Shown here piece by piece: positions 1 to 8,849 of a stretch of DNA of 64,000 bases. The translations under genes and the position numbers were made by a program. Source of the DNA: Candidatus Palauibacter polyketidifaciens (GTDB lineage Bacteria > Gemmatimonadota > Gemmatimonadetes > Palauibacterales > Palauibacteraceae); contig NZ_CANPVO010000011.1 in NCBI RefSeq assembly GCF_947581785.1, positions 1,850 through 65,849 of the forward strand, written 5' to 3'. Positions within the stretch are counted from its first letter, which is position 1, and each line of letters begins with the position of its first letter. The notes below the pieces were generated by a model. It ran no database searches, was not told where the DNA came from, and saw only the letters and a list, made by a program, of their open reading frames with translations.

Positions 1-1524
1 ACGCAGGCGAGCGCGATCACGTATATCGGCACGACCGGACAGGCCTTCGACGACGGCATGGAGTTCGTCCAGTTCTACCTGGGCCAGCCGATCGCGATGG
101 TGATTCTCTGCGTCGTCTTCATCCCCTTCTTCTATCGCTCGAAGGTCTTCACCGCCTACGAGTACCTTGAACGCCGCTTCGACCCCAGAACCCGCTCGCT
201 GACGAGCTTCCTCTTTCTCGTCTCCCGCGGACTCTCGGCGGGGATCGTCCTCTACGCCCCGGCCATCGTCCTCTCGGTCATCATGGGATGGGACGAGCGC
301 GTGACGATTCTCGTCATGGGACTCATCACCGTGGCCTATACGATCATGGGGGGGATCACGGCCGTCATCTGGACGGACGTGCTGCAGATGATCGTCATGT
401 TCGCCGGGATCGCGATCGCGATCGCCGTGCTGTTCGCGACGCTGCCGGAGGGGGTGGGCGTCGGCGACGTGGCGTATATCGGCGGGATCCATGAGATGTG
501 GCGCAGCATCGACCTCTCCTGGGACCCGACGAATCGCTATACGCTCTGGTCCGGACTCATTGGAGGACTCTTTCTCGCCCTGGGCTACTTCGGGACCGAC
601 CAGAGCCAGGTACAGCGCTATCTGACGGCAAGCTCGCTCCGCCAGAGCCGCCTTTCGCTCATCTTCAACGCCTTCGTCAAAGTCCCGATGCAGATCTTCA
701 TCCTCGCCATCGGCGTCCTCCTCTACGTCTTCTATCACTTCGAGCGTCCCCCGCTCGTCTTCAATTCGGCGGAAGCCGCCATGGTCGCGGAAAGTCCCCG
801 CGCCGGAGACTTCGCCGCGCTGGAGGCCGAGCACGAACGCACGCACCAACTGCGCCGGGAGAGCACGCTCGCGGTGCTGGAAGCGCGCCGCACCGGCGAG
901 GATCCCGGGGCGATGCAGCGGCGGATCGCCGCGTACGACGACGAACTCGCGCGGTTGAGGGAGGAATCGAAATCGCTCGTGTCCGAAGTGCGGGGAGCTT
1001 CGTCGAACGACGTGAACTACGTCTTCCCGTCCTATCTCATCGCCTATGTCCCCGCCGGCATCCTGGGACTGTTGATCGCCGTCATCTTCGCGGCCGCCAT
1101 GTCCTCGCTGGACTCCGAACTCACGGCCCTGTCGAGCGCCACGGTCATCGACTTCTACCGGAGGTACGTGAAACCGGAGGGGACGGACGCCCACTATCTG
1201 CTCATCTCGCGGCTCGCCACGCTGGGCTGGGGCGGATTCGCCGTCCTCTTCGCGCTTTACGCGGGCCAGTTGGGGTCGCTCGTCGAAGCGGTCAACGAAG
1301 TCGGCTCGATCTTCTACGGCGCGCTCCTCGGCGTCTTCCTCCTCGCCTTTCTCGTGAAGCGGGCGACGGCGGCGGGGGCCTTCTACGGGCTCATCTCCTC
1401 GATGCTCGCCGTGCTCGCCGTGTCGCGCTTCACGGAGATCGCGTGGCTGTGGTACAACGTCGTCGGGACGCTGGCCGTTCTCGTGGTCGGCCTAGCGCTC
1501 CGCAGGCGGGAACGGCCGGCATGA
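1..1524 (+). CDS. Sodium:solute symporter (SSS) family transporter, 5'-partial at the window edge. It carries a roughly 90-aa predicted coiled-coil cytoplasmic insert.
   Basis: The frame is open from base 1 (TQASAITYIGTTGQAFDDGMEFVQFYLGQPIAMVI...). There are multiple hydrophobic TM segments typical of SSS/SLC5. The charged insert reads AEHERTHQLRRESTLAVLEARR...DDELARLREESKSL. Confidence 0.8.
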   Translation, partial: TQASAITYIGTTGQAFDDGMEFVQFYLGQPIAMVILCVVFIPFFYRSKVFTAYEYLERRFDPRTRSLTSFLFLVSRGLSAGIVLYAPAIVLSVIMGWDERVTILVMGLITVAYTIMGGITAVIWTDVLQMIVMFAGIAIAIAVLFATLPEGVGVGDVAYIGGIHEMWRSIDLSWDPTNRYTLWSGLIGGLFLALGYFGTDQSQVQRYLTASSLRQSRLSLIFNAFVKVPMQIFILAIGVLLYVFYHFERPPLVFNSAEAAMVAESPRAGDFAALEAEHERTHQLRRESTLAVLEARRTGEDPGAMQRRIAAYDDELARLREESKSLVSEVRGASSNDVNYVFPSYLIAYVPAGILGLLIAVIFAAAMSSLDSELTALSSATVIDFYRRYVKPEGTDAHYLLISRLATLGWGGFAVLFALYAGQLGSLVEAVNEVGSIFYGALLGVFLLAFLVKRATAAGAFYGLISSMLAVLAVSRFTEIAWLWYNVVGTLAVLVVGLALRRRERPA

Positions 1525-1567
1525 TCCGCGGTACGGTTTTCCGCGCGCGTCGCGTGCGGTAGAGTCT

Positions 1568-1619
1568 CCGACGGTTTTCGGGCCACGACAGTTTTTCAGC
1601 CACGACAGTTTTCAAGCCA
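1568..1619 (+). promoter_or_regulatory. Three tandem about 17-bp direct repeats (CGACRGTTTTYCRRGCCA) immediately upstream of fhs; a candidate regulator-binding array or phased T-tract promoter element.
   Basis: Read directly: ccgacggttttcgggcca / cgacagtttttcagcca / cgacagttttcaagcca. The array ends about 10 bp before the fhs start codon. Confidence 0.45.
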
Positions 1620-1629
1620 CCTGAGCGGG

Positions 1630-3306
1630 ATGATACGGATGCTCACGGACGTACAGATCGCCGAGGCCGCGACGCCCCGGCCCATACGGGAGATCGGGGA
1701 GAAGATCGGGCTGGGGCTCGAGGAACTCGTCCCCTACGGTCACTACAAAGCGAAGGTCGCCCCGGACTCCATCTTCGAGCGCGAGCCCGGATCGGGCCAG
1801 CTCGTCCTCGTCACGGGCATCACGCCGACGGCCGCGGGCGAGGGCAAGACGACCGTCTCCGTGGGGCTCGCCGACGGCCTGCGCCGCGTGGGGGCGAACT
1901 CGGTGCTCTGCATTCGCGAGCCGAGTCTCGGCCCGGTGTTCGGCGTCAAGGGCGGGGCCGCCGGCGGAGGGTATTCGCAGGTGATCCCGATGGCGGACAT
2001 CAACCTCCACTTCACGGGGGACCTGCACGCGATCACGTCCGCGCACGCGCTCCTTTCCGCCGCCCTGGACAACCACCTGCAGCAGGGGAACCGGCTCGGG
2101 ATCGACACGCGACAGATCACGTGGCGCCGCGCCGTGGACATGAACGACCGGGCGCTCAGGAACATCGTCGTCGGACTCGGGGGACGGATCAACGGGGTGC
2201 CGCGGGAGGACGGCTTCATGATCACGGCCGCCTCGGAGGTGATGGCGATCTTCTGCCTCGCGGCGAGCCTCGAGGACCTCGAGGAGCGGCTGAGCAGCAT
2301 CATCGTGGGGTACGACTACGGCGGCGAGCCCGTGCGGGCGCGCGAACTGAACGTGGCGGGCGCCATGACGCTGCTCCTGCGGGAGGCGATCGGACCGAAC
2401 CTCGTGCAGACGCTCGAGGGGACGCCCGCCTTCGTCCACGGCGGACCCTTCGCGAACATCGCCCACGGCTGCAATTCGCTCATGGCGACGCGGGCCGGGC
2501 TGGCCTTCGGCGATGTCGTGATCACGGAGGCGGGCTTCGGGTCGGACCTCGGCGCCGAGAAGTTCTTCGACATCAAGTGCCGGACCGGCGGACTCAACCC
2601 CGAGGCCACCGTGCTCGTGGCCACGATCCGCGCCCTCAAGTTGCACGGCGGGGGCGACCGCACGGCGCTCTCCACGCCGGACCCCAACGCCGTCCGCGGC
2701 GGGCTCGCGAACCTCGGCGCGCACGTCGAGAACATCCGCGGCTTCGGCATCGAGCCGGTCGTGGCGATCAACGTCTTCGCGACAGACTCCGACGAAGAGA
2801 TCGCGGCCGTGGCCGAGGCGTGCGAGGACCTGGGCGTGCCCTGGGCCCGCTCCGACGGCCACGCGCGGGGCGGCGCCGGCTGCGAAGACCTCGCCCGCGC
2901 GGTCCTCGCGGCGCTCGACGAGGGAGGGGCCGACTTCAAGCCCAAGTACGACGCGGAGGCTTCGATCCGGGACAAGATCGAGGCCATCGCGCGGAAGGTG
3001 TACGGCGCCGACGGGGTCGACTACACGCCGCGCGCCTCGAAGGACGTCGCCCAACTCGAGGCGGCGGGGATCGGGAATACGCCGGTCTGCATCGCGAAGA
3101 CGCCGAACAGCCTGAGCGACGACCCGGCGCGCCTCGGACGGCCGGCCGGCTTCCGCATCACGGTTCAGGACGTGCGCCCCTCGGCGGGGGCGGGCTTCGT
3201 CGTGGCCCGGGCCGGCACCGTCATGACGATGCCGGGACTCCCGCGCGTGCCCGCGGCGGAGGGGATCCGGATCGTCGAGGACGGGAGCGTGGTCGGGCTC
3301 TTCTAG
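1630..3306 (+). CDS. fhs: Formate--tetrahydrofolate ligase (formyltetrahydrofolate synthetase)
   Basis: The N-terminus (TDVQIAEAATPRPIREIGEKIGL...) and the P-loop GEGKTTVSVGL are typical of FTHFS, and the length is about 555 aa. The alternative start at 1639 (MLTDVQ) is equally plausible. Confidence 0.93.
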   Translation: MIRMLTDVQIAEAATPRPIREIGEKIGLGLEELVPYGHYKAKVAPDSIFEREPGSGQLVLVTGITPTAAGEGKTTVSVGLADGLRRVGANSVLCIREPSLGPVFGVKGGAAGGGYSQVIPMADINLHFTGDLHAITSAHALLSAALDNHLQQGNRLGIDTRQITWRRAVDMNDRALRNIVVGLGGRINGVPREDGFMITAASEVMAIFCLAASLEDLEERLSSIIVGYDYGGEPVRARELNVAGAMTLLLREAIGPNLVQTLEGTPAFVHGGPFANIAHGCNSLMATRAGLAFGDVVITEAGFGSDLGAEKFFDIKCRTGGLNPEATVLVATIRALKLHGGGDRTALSTPDPNAVRGGLANLGAHVENIRGFGIEPVVAINVFATDSDEEIAAVAEACEDLGVPWARSDGHARGGAGCEDLARAVLAALDEGGADFKPKYDAEASIRDKIEAIARKVYGADGVDYTPRASKDVAQLEAAGIGNTPVCIAKTPNSLSDDPARLGRPAGFRITVQDVRPSAGAGFVVARAGTVMTMPGLPRVPAAEGIRIVEDGSVVGLF

Positions 3307-3321
3307 TCCCGTGACCGGCTC

Positions 3322-5097
3322 ATGATCGAGATCGAACTCTCCGCGGGTCCCCACACGGAGGACATGGATCGCCGGCTCCGGGAATGGGCCGCCGGGGACG
3401 CGGTGGCGCGCCTCTGGCGGCGGGACCCGACGCTGTGGAGCGCGGACCCGGAGACGCCGGAGTTGGCCGACCGGCTCGGGTGGCTTGAACTCCCGGAGAC
3501 GTCTCCCGCCATGCTCGGTCCGCTCGAGGCGTTGCGCGCGGGCGTGCCCTTCTGGTTCACCGACCTCGTGCTGCTCGGCATGGGGGGCTCCAGCCTCGCG
3601 CCCGAGGTCATCGCGCACACGATGCGGGGCGAGGGGCTGCCGCTCACGCTCGTCGACACCACGCACCCCGGGACGCTCCGCGACCTCGAATGGCTGCGTC
3701 CGGCGAACACGATCTTCGTCGTCTCCAGCAAATCCGGCACGACCGTCGAGACGCTCTCGCTCTTCCGCCACTTCTGGTCGCGGACCGCGGAAGTCGTGGA
3801 CGATCCCGGGGAGCACTTCATCGCGATCACGGACCCCGGATCTCCCCTCGCCGAACTCGGCCGTGAGCGGGGATTCCGGGCGGTGTTCGAAGCGCCCCCC
3901 GACGTGGGCGGCCGCTTCTCCGCCCTGAGCCCCTTCGGTCTCGTGCCGGCGGCTCTGGCCGGCGCCGATGTCGCGGCCCTCCTGGCGGAAGCCGCCGAGG
4001 CCGCGGACGCCTGCAGGGACGACGCCCACCTCAACCCGGGCTTCCTCCTCGGGGCGGCGCTGGGAGAACTCGCGCTCGCGGGGCGCGACAAGGTCACCTT
4101 CGCCGCGGCGTCCGACTGGAACGCGTTTCCCGACTGGGCGGAGCAGCTTCTCGCCGAGAGCACCGGCAAGGAGGGCCGGGGCATCGTACCGGTCGTCGGC
4201 GAGCCCCCGCGGCCGCCGGACGAATACGGCGAGGACCGGGTCTTCGTCGGCCTCCTCCTCGGCGGGGACGCGGCGCGCGAGGCGGAGCAGTGGGGAGAAG
4301 CCGACGAGACCCCGGACCTCCTCGACGCGCTCGAGGCCGCCGGCCACCCGACGCTCCGCATCCGGGTCGAACAGCCCGGGGAACTCGGCGCGCTCTTCTT
4401 CGTGTGGGAGGTCGGCGTGGCCATGGCCGGAGCCGCCCTCGGCATCCACCCCTTCAACCAGCCGGACGTGCAACTCGCCAAGCGCCTCGCGCGCCGCGCG
4501 ATGGCGGGTGACGGCGAGCCGGAGGGCGACCGCGAGCCGGAGGAACGGTCGCCGGGCGTGGAGCCGGCGGAGGATGTGCAGGTCTCCGAGGCGGACGAGA
4601 TCGACCTCGTCTGGGAGTTGCCGCGGTTCGGACACGCCCCGCCCCGCACCCCCGTGACGCCCGACGTGGATGGAATCCGGGAGCGGGTGGAGGAGTTCCT
4701 GGCCGCGGTGGAGTCGACGGACTACATCGCCATACAGGCGTTCCTCGCGGGCGGCGAGGAGGAGGAAGGGCTACTCGCGACGCTGCGCGCGGCCCTGGCC
4801 GGAGCCACGGGGGCGACGACCACGCTGGGCTACGGCCCGCGCTTCCTCCACTCGACCGGGCAGTTGCACAAGGGAGGCGGGGACAACGCCGTCTTCCTCC
4901 AACTCGTCGACGACGCCGGCGAGCACATGCACGTCCCCGAGACCGACTTCACCTTCCGCAGACTGATCCGCGCCCAGGGCCTCGGGGATATCGAAGCGCT
5001 CGGTCGATGCGAACGCCTGGCGCTCCGGGTCCGCGTGGGCGGCCCGGAGGGCCTCGGCCTCCGTCGCCTGATTCAACTCGTCGAGGAGTCCCCCTAG
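3322..5097 (+). CDS. pgi: Glucose-6-phosphate isomerase, long form related to the PGI part of bifunctional transaldolase/PGI proteins
   Basis: The LWRRDPTLWS motif is present near the N-terminus. The SIS/PGI signature GGRFSALS is present, with SSKSGTTVET upstream. The length is 591 aa. Confidence 0.75.
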   Translation: MIEIELSAGPHTEDMDRRLREWAAGDAVARLWRRDPTLWSADPETPELADRLGWLELPETSPAMLGPLEALRAGVPFWFTDLVLLGMGGSSLAPEVIAHTMRGEGLPLTLVDTTHPGTLRDLEWLRPANTIFVVSSKSGTTVETLSLFRHFWSRTAEVVDDPGEHFIAITDPGSPLAELGRERGFRAVFEAPPDVGGRFSALSPFGLVPAALAGADVAALLAEAAEAADACRDDAHLNPGFLLGAALGELALAGRDKVTFAAASDWNAFPDWAEQLLAESTGKEGRGIVPVVGEPPRPPDEYGEDRVFVGLLLGGDAAREAEQWGEADETPDLLDALEAAGHPTLRIRVEQPGELGALFFVWEVGVAMAGAALGIHPFNQPDVQLAKRLARRAMAGDGEPEGDREPEERSPGVEPAEDVQVSEADEIDLVWELPRFGHAPPRTPVTPDVDGIRERVEEFLAAVESTDYIAIQAFLAGGEEEEGLLATLRAALAGATGATTTLGYGPRFLHSTGQLHKGGGDNAVFLQLVDDAGEHMHVPETDFTFRRLIRAQGLGDIEALGRCERLALRVRVGGPEGLGLRRLIQLVEESP

Positions 5098-5128
5098 AAC
5101 GACTCCCGACGCCGAGCGGCGGTCCGGC

Positions 5129-6091
5129 TCAGTGGACCAGGCGCACCTGCAGGCCCAGGCCGCCACCGACCCAGGCCGCCGAAGGCGCAAGAAGCCGCGG
5201 GCGCTGCGACCTCAGCGCGGTCGCAAGCCCGTCCTCGGCTCCCGCCGTCGAAGTCTCGTCCGGGTCTCGGATCAACAGCGTCCACGCCGCGTGCGCGGAC
5301 AGGAACGTCAGCGCGGTGTTGGCGAGCGCCGAGAGTTCGGCCCCGTCGGTCCCCCCGTCATTCCATTCATTGAGCGCATGCCAAGCGAAGCCGGCGTGCG
5401 CCGCGGCAAAGGCCCCGTTGAGCGCGCCAACCACGGGTTTCGCCCACCCCTCGGGTTTCGCGAGGTGAGTCACCAAGGCCGACCCCGCGGACAGCGGGGC
5501 CACATATCGCCAGGTGTTGGACGCCGCATCCCGGGGGCAGAAGCAACCGTCGGCGTAGGCGGGCTGGATCCTCGCGGCCTCATCCAGCGTGAGACCCGTC
5601 TCATCGAGCCATTCGGAGAAGCGTGCGTCGCCGGCAAGCTCCCACGCGTACACGTTGTTGTCCGTGCTTGCGACCTCCCGGACGAGATCCTCCCTGCCCG
5701 ACCTCTGGAGCAGGTAGGCCACCGCGCACGGCGTCCCGTGTTCGTCGACGAAGACGGGCACACGGTCGGCGTGCGTGTGGTTGCGGGGGAACTCGCCCCG
5801 CTCCCGGTACTCGCGCAGCCAGTTCAGGGCGGTGTTCCGTCTCTCCCGCTGCGAGGCGCTCAGGGCGTCCGTCGCCCTTCGCCGCAGCACCCCCTCGACG
5901 TCGAGCAGGTGCCCGTGAATCCGCCGGGTCTCCAGCACCCCCGGTTCGGCCCGCGCGAACGTGGCCGCCGAGGGCGGCGCCGTCGCGGTGCGGCCGGACG
6001 CCTCGTCGCCGGCGTCCCCGGGACCCCCGGAGGCGACGATGAACGTGCACAGAACTCCAATGGCGGCAACGGCTTTCGATGAAGCGGGCAT
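5129..6091 (-). CDS. Hypothetical secreted protein
   Basis: Signal-peptide-like N-terminus MPASSKAVAAIGVLCTFIVASGG when started at 6091. The full ORF runs to 6160. Cys-containing, with no recognisable domain. Confidence 0.5.
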   Translation of the reverse strand: MPASSKAVAAIGVLCTFIVASGGPGDAGDEASGRTATAPPSAATFARAEPGVLETRRIHGHLLDVEGVLRRRATDALSASQRERRNTALNWLREYRERGEFPRNHTHADRVPVFVDEHGTPCAVAYLLQRSGREDLVREVASTDNNVYAWELAGDARFSEWLDETGLTLDEAARIQPAYADGCFCPRDAASNTWRYVAPLSAGSALVTHLAKPEGWAKPVVGALNGAFAAAHAGFAWHALNEWNDGGTDGAELSALANTALTFLSAHAAWTLLIRDPDETSTAGAEDGLATALRSQRPRLLAPSAAWVGGGLGLQVRLVH

Positions 6092-6214
6092 GGTTGCGAC
6101 TCCCGTGAAGATCCCCCCCTCCCCGGCGTTCGCGCGGAAGGCGCGGCGCCGGGACACCATTTCGGGAGGTACCGGCGGCGGCGGCCGGAGTTCCGCATGG
6201 CGCCGACCCTGCGG

Positions 6215-6937
6215 TCAGGCGAGCGGCATCTCCGTCTGGGCGTGCGAGCCGAGGAGGTCGGTGCGGCCCTCGATGTCGAGGAGAGTGCGCTTGTAGCGGA
6301 GTCCGCCGGTGTATCCGCCGAGGGTTCCGTCGGTCCGGACGACCCGGTGGCACGGCACGATGATCGGGACCGGATTGCGGCCGAGCGCGTTGCCCACGGC
6401 GCGTGAGGCCTTTGGGCGTCCGATCCGACGCGCGATCTCCGTGTACGTCACCGTCTCGCCGAAACCGAGCCCCGAGGCGGCGTCCAGCACCGCGCGCTGG
6501 AAGTCGCCCAGCTCCGTGAGGTCGACGAAGAGATCGAAGCGGGGGCGGCGGCGGCCGAAGTACTCCGTCAGCTGCGCTTCGGCGGAGGCGAGCCGGTCGG
6601 TGTCGCACACCACGGGGGTCGACGGATATCGGCGCTCGAGGCCGACCACGAAGGCATCGTCGCCCTCGTCCTGCCACGAGAGCGCGACCAGGCCCTCGGC
6701 GCTCGCCGCGATCCGCATGGCGCCGAAGGGCGAATCGAAGCGGCGCCAGCGGATGACGGGACCGTCCCGGAGGCTCTCCGCGGAACGATGCAGGAGCCGG
6801 TACTCCGCCGCCCGCTCCCGGAGGTCCGGGCTCGCCGCCAGGTGCTCGGCCGTCTCCTTGGCGGCCTCCGCCTCCGAGTCGCCTAGAATCCATGCGACCA
6901 GATCTTCCTCGCTCCGGGTCGTCCCGCGTTCAGTCAT
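6215..6937 (-). CDS. Fusion protein: a degenerate zf-HC2 anti-sigma-like N-terminal segment (about 60 aa) fused to a complete methylated-DNA--protein-cysteine methyltransferase (Ogt/MGMT; N- and C-terminal domains both present)
   Basis: The N-terminus EDLVAWILGDSEAEAAKETAEHLAASPDLRERAAEY follows the anti-sigma zf-HC2 pattern (xxLxAYLxGxLxxxExxxVExHLxxCxxCRxE) but with the Cys replaced. The MGMT active site is intact (IVPCHRVV, plus the helix-turn-helix TYTEIARRIGRPKASRAVGNA). An ATGA start-stop overlap links it to the upstream ECF sigma gene. Confidence 0.75.
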   Translation of the reverse strand: MTERGTTRSEEDLVAWILGDSEAEAAKETAEHLAASPDLRERAAEYRLLHRSAESLRDGPVIRWRRFDSPFGAMRIAASAEGLVALSWQDEGDDAFVVGLERRYPSTPVVCDTDRLASAEAQLTEYFGRRRPRFDLFVDLTELGDFQRAVLDAASGLGFGETVTYTEIARRIGRPKASRAVGNALGRNPVPIIVPCHRVVRTDGTLGGYTGGLRYKRTLLDIEGRTDLLGSHAQTEMPLA

Positions 6938-7446
6938 ATCGGTCCCTCCTCAAGCCACACCTCGGCGAGGTCGCGGCGCAGCTTCTTCATCCCCTGGTAG
7001 ACGTTGGCCCTCGCGGCCTCGCGAGAAATCCCCATCCGTCGAGCGATCGTCGCGTAATCCACCTCTTCGATCCAGCGGAGCCAGACCGCGTCCCGCTGCC
7101 GCCGGGGAAGCTCCGCCACCCCCTTCCGGACGCGCGCCGCGGCGGCCTCCGAAAGCCGGTTCAACGCCGCGTCGGCCGCGGGAGGAGCGCCAGGCTCCAC
7201 TTCCCCGGAGCGGGCCGCGAGCAACTTCGAGCGGCGGCGGCGCATCGAGATGCGGTCGAGCGCCCGGCGGGTCGCGACCCGGTACAGCCACGCACGCACG
7301 TTCACGGCGTCGCCCGCCTCGGGCGGCGCACGAAGCGCCGTCACCCACAGTTCCTGCACGACGTCGCGCGCCTCCTCCGCGTTCCCCAGCATCGCGGCCA
7401 CATGGCGCTCCAGTTCCCCGCCGTAACGTTCGGACCAGTCGTCCAC
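6934..7446 (-). CDS. ECF-type RNA polymerase sigma-70 factor
   Basis: Region 2 (DVVQELWVTALRA...RAWLYRVATRRALD) and region 4 (LPRRQRDAVWLRWIEEVDYATIARRMGISREAARANVYQGMKKLR) are present. The length is about 170 aa. Confidence 0.9.
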   Translation of the reverse strand: MDDWSERYGGELERHVAAMLGNAEEARDVVQELWVTALRAPPEAGDAVNVRAWLYRVATRRALDRISMRRRRSKLLAARSGEVEPGAPPAADAALNRLSEAAAARVRKGVAELPRRQRDAVWLRWIEEVDYATIARRMGISREAARANVYQGMKKLRRDLAEVWLEEGPI

Positions 7447-7474
7447 CCGCCCTCTCCCTTCGTTCTCACCCCCT

Positions 7475-7499
7475 GGAACGTATCATGTCGAAATCCGTG
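7475..7499 (+). promoter_or_regulatory. ECF-sigma-type promoter-like motif GGAAC-N16-CGTG, oriented toward the TolB-like gene
   Basis: tGGAACgtatcatgtcgaaatcCGTGaa lies in the divergent intergenic region between the ECF sigma gene and the propeller gene, about 120 bp upstream of the 7621 start. Confidence 0.3.
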
Positions 7500-7620
7500 A
7501 AACGGGACCGCCCGCGAACCCACCCGTAATCCCTCGAAGCAGGCCTGAATCTGGCCGCGCGCGCGCGCGAGCCGTACCGTGTGAGCCCGCAGCCCCTACC
7601 CGGAGCACTCGGAGGTTTTC

Positions 7621-8757
7621 TTGAACCCAGAGTTTTCAGTTTCGGTGTCCTGGCCGACCCGCGTCGCGCTCACGCTCATCGCTGCGTCCGCGGCAGCGGC
7701 CTGCGCCGGCGATGCCGGAGCCGGGAGCGGCGGCGCGGCGGATGAGGGCCGTGCGGAGACGAGTGCCGTGGCCCGCGACCCGCTCCCGGAAGAGCGGCGC
7801 TTCGCGAGTCTCACCCAGCTCACCTTCGAGGGAGAAAACGCCGAGGCTTACTACTCGTCGGACGGACAGCGGCTGATCTTCCAACGCAGCCACGAGGGCG
7901 AGTACGAGTGCGACCAGATCTTCACGATGACCGTCGAAGGCGGCGAACGGCGCCTCGTGTCGACCGGGCTCGGCCGGACCACCTGCGGCTACTTTTTTCC
8001 GGATGATTCCAGAATCGTCTACAGTTCGACCCACCACGCGGCACCCGGGTGTCCTCCGCCCCCGGACATGCGCCGCGGCTACGTGTGGGCGCTCTACGAC
8101 TACGACATCTACACGGCGCAGCCCGACGGCTCCGACGTCCGGGTGATTTCTTCGAGCCCCGGGTACGACGCGGAGCCGACCCTCTCTCCCGACGGCTCGC
8201 GGATCGTGTTCACCTCCACGCGGGACGGAGACCTGAACATCTACTCGATGAATCCCGACGGCTCCGATGTGCAACAACTGACGGACGAACCGGGATACGA
8301 TGGCGGCCCGTTCTATTCCCCGGACGGGACGAAGATCGTCTACCGGGCGCGCTATCCCGAGAGCGAGGAGGAACTCGCGGACTACCAGGCGCTCCTGGCC
8401 GACGGTCTCGTGCGGCCCGGCGTGCTCGACATCTACGTGATGGACGCGGACGGCTCGAACCGGATTCGCCTCACGGACAACGGGGCCGCGAACTTCGCCC
8501 CCTTCTTCCACCCCAGCGGCGAGAAGGTGATCTTCTCCTCGAACCTGAACGATCCGGACGGCCGCAACTTCGACCTCTTCCTGATCAACCTGGACGGGAC
8601 GGGGCTGGAGCAGGTGACGTTCAGCGAGGAGTTCGAGAGCTTCCCCATGTTCAGCCCCGATGGCCGCTTTCTCGTGTTCGCATCAAACCGGCACGGGTCC
8701 CACGAGGGGAACACGAACGTCTTCATCGCCGAGTGGATCGACGACCTCGCCGAGTGA
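7621..8757 (+). CDS. Periplasmic PD40/WD40-like beta-propeller protein (TolB-like)
   Basis: Signal peptide present. Repeated PDGS..I.F.S.RDG...IY motifs (PDGSRIVFTSTRDGDLNIYSMNPDGSDVQQLT; SPDGRFLVFASNRHG). Confidence 0.8.
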   Translation: MNPEFSVSVSWPTRVALTLIAASAAAACAGDAGAGSGGAADEGRAETSAVARDPLPEERRFASLTQLTFEGENAEAYYSSDGQRLIFQRSHEGEYECDQIFTMTVEGGERRLVSTGLGRTTCGYFFPDDSRIVYSSTHHAAPGCPPPPDMRRGYVWALYDYDIYTAQPDGSDVRVISSSPGYDAEPTLSPDGSRIVFTSTRDGDLNIYSMNPDGSDVQQLTDEPGYDGGPFYSPDGTKIVYRARYPESEEELADYQALLADGLVRPGVLDIYVMDADGSNRIRLTDNGAANFAPFFHPSGEKVIFSSNLNDPDGRNFDLFLINLDGTGLEQVTFSEEFESFPMFSPDGRFLVFASNRHGSHEGNTNVFIAEWIDDLAE

Positions 8758-8849
8758 CCGACTTCCCGCGCGAACCGTCTAATCTCTGAAGACAGCCCCG
8801 GCGGCAGGCCGGCCGCCCGGGAAGGGACCGGAGGACACGGGAGTTCGGG

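Noticed and set aside
1525-1640. Possible ZTP (pfl) riboswitch upstream of fhs
   Set aside because: Only a loose resemblance (GGGCCACGACAG vs GGGUCGUGACUGG). The conserved 3' pseudoknot CCGCCUGGGC and the GGUGGAAGCGGAA core are absent. Interpreted instead as 17-bp direct repeats.
1612-4635. 1007-aa minus-strand ORF, plus many other long ORFs of 100-700 aa antisense or out of frame to fhs/pgi (e.g. 2121..3314, 3303..4649, 3968..4657)
   Set aside because: Translations are Arg/Pro/Gly/Ala-rich low-complexity strings typical of alternative frames in 70% GC DNA. They fully overlap confidently recognised genes (FTHFS P-loop, PGI GGRFS motif) on the other strand or frame.
5601-6893. 430-aa minus ORF and overlapping 5132..6082 plus ORF
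   Set aside because: Low-complexity RG/RP-rich translations overlapping the MGMT fusion and the secreted hypothetical gene. No domain signal.
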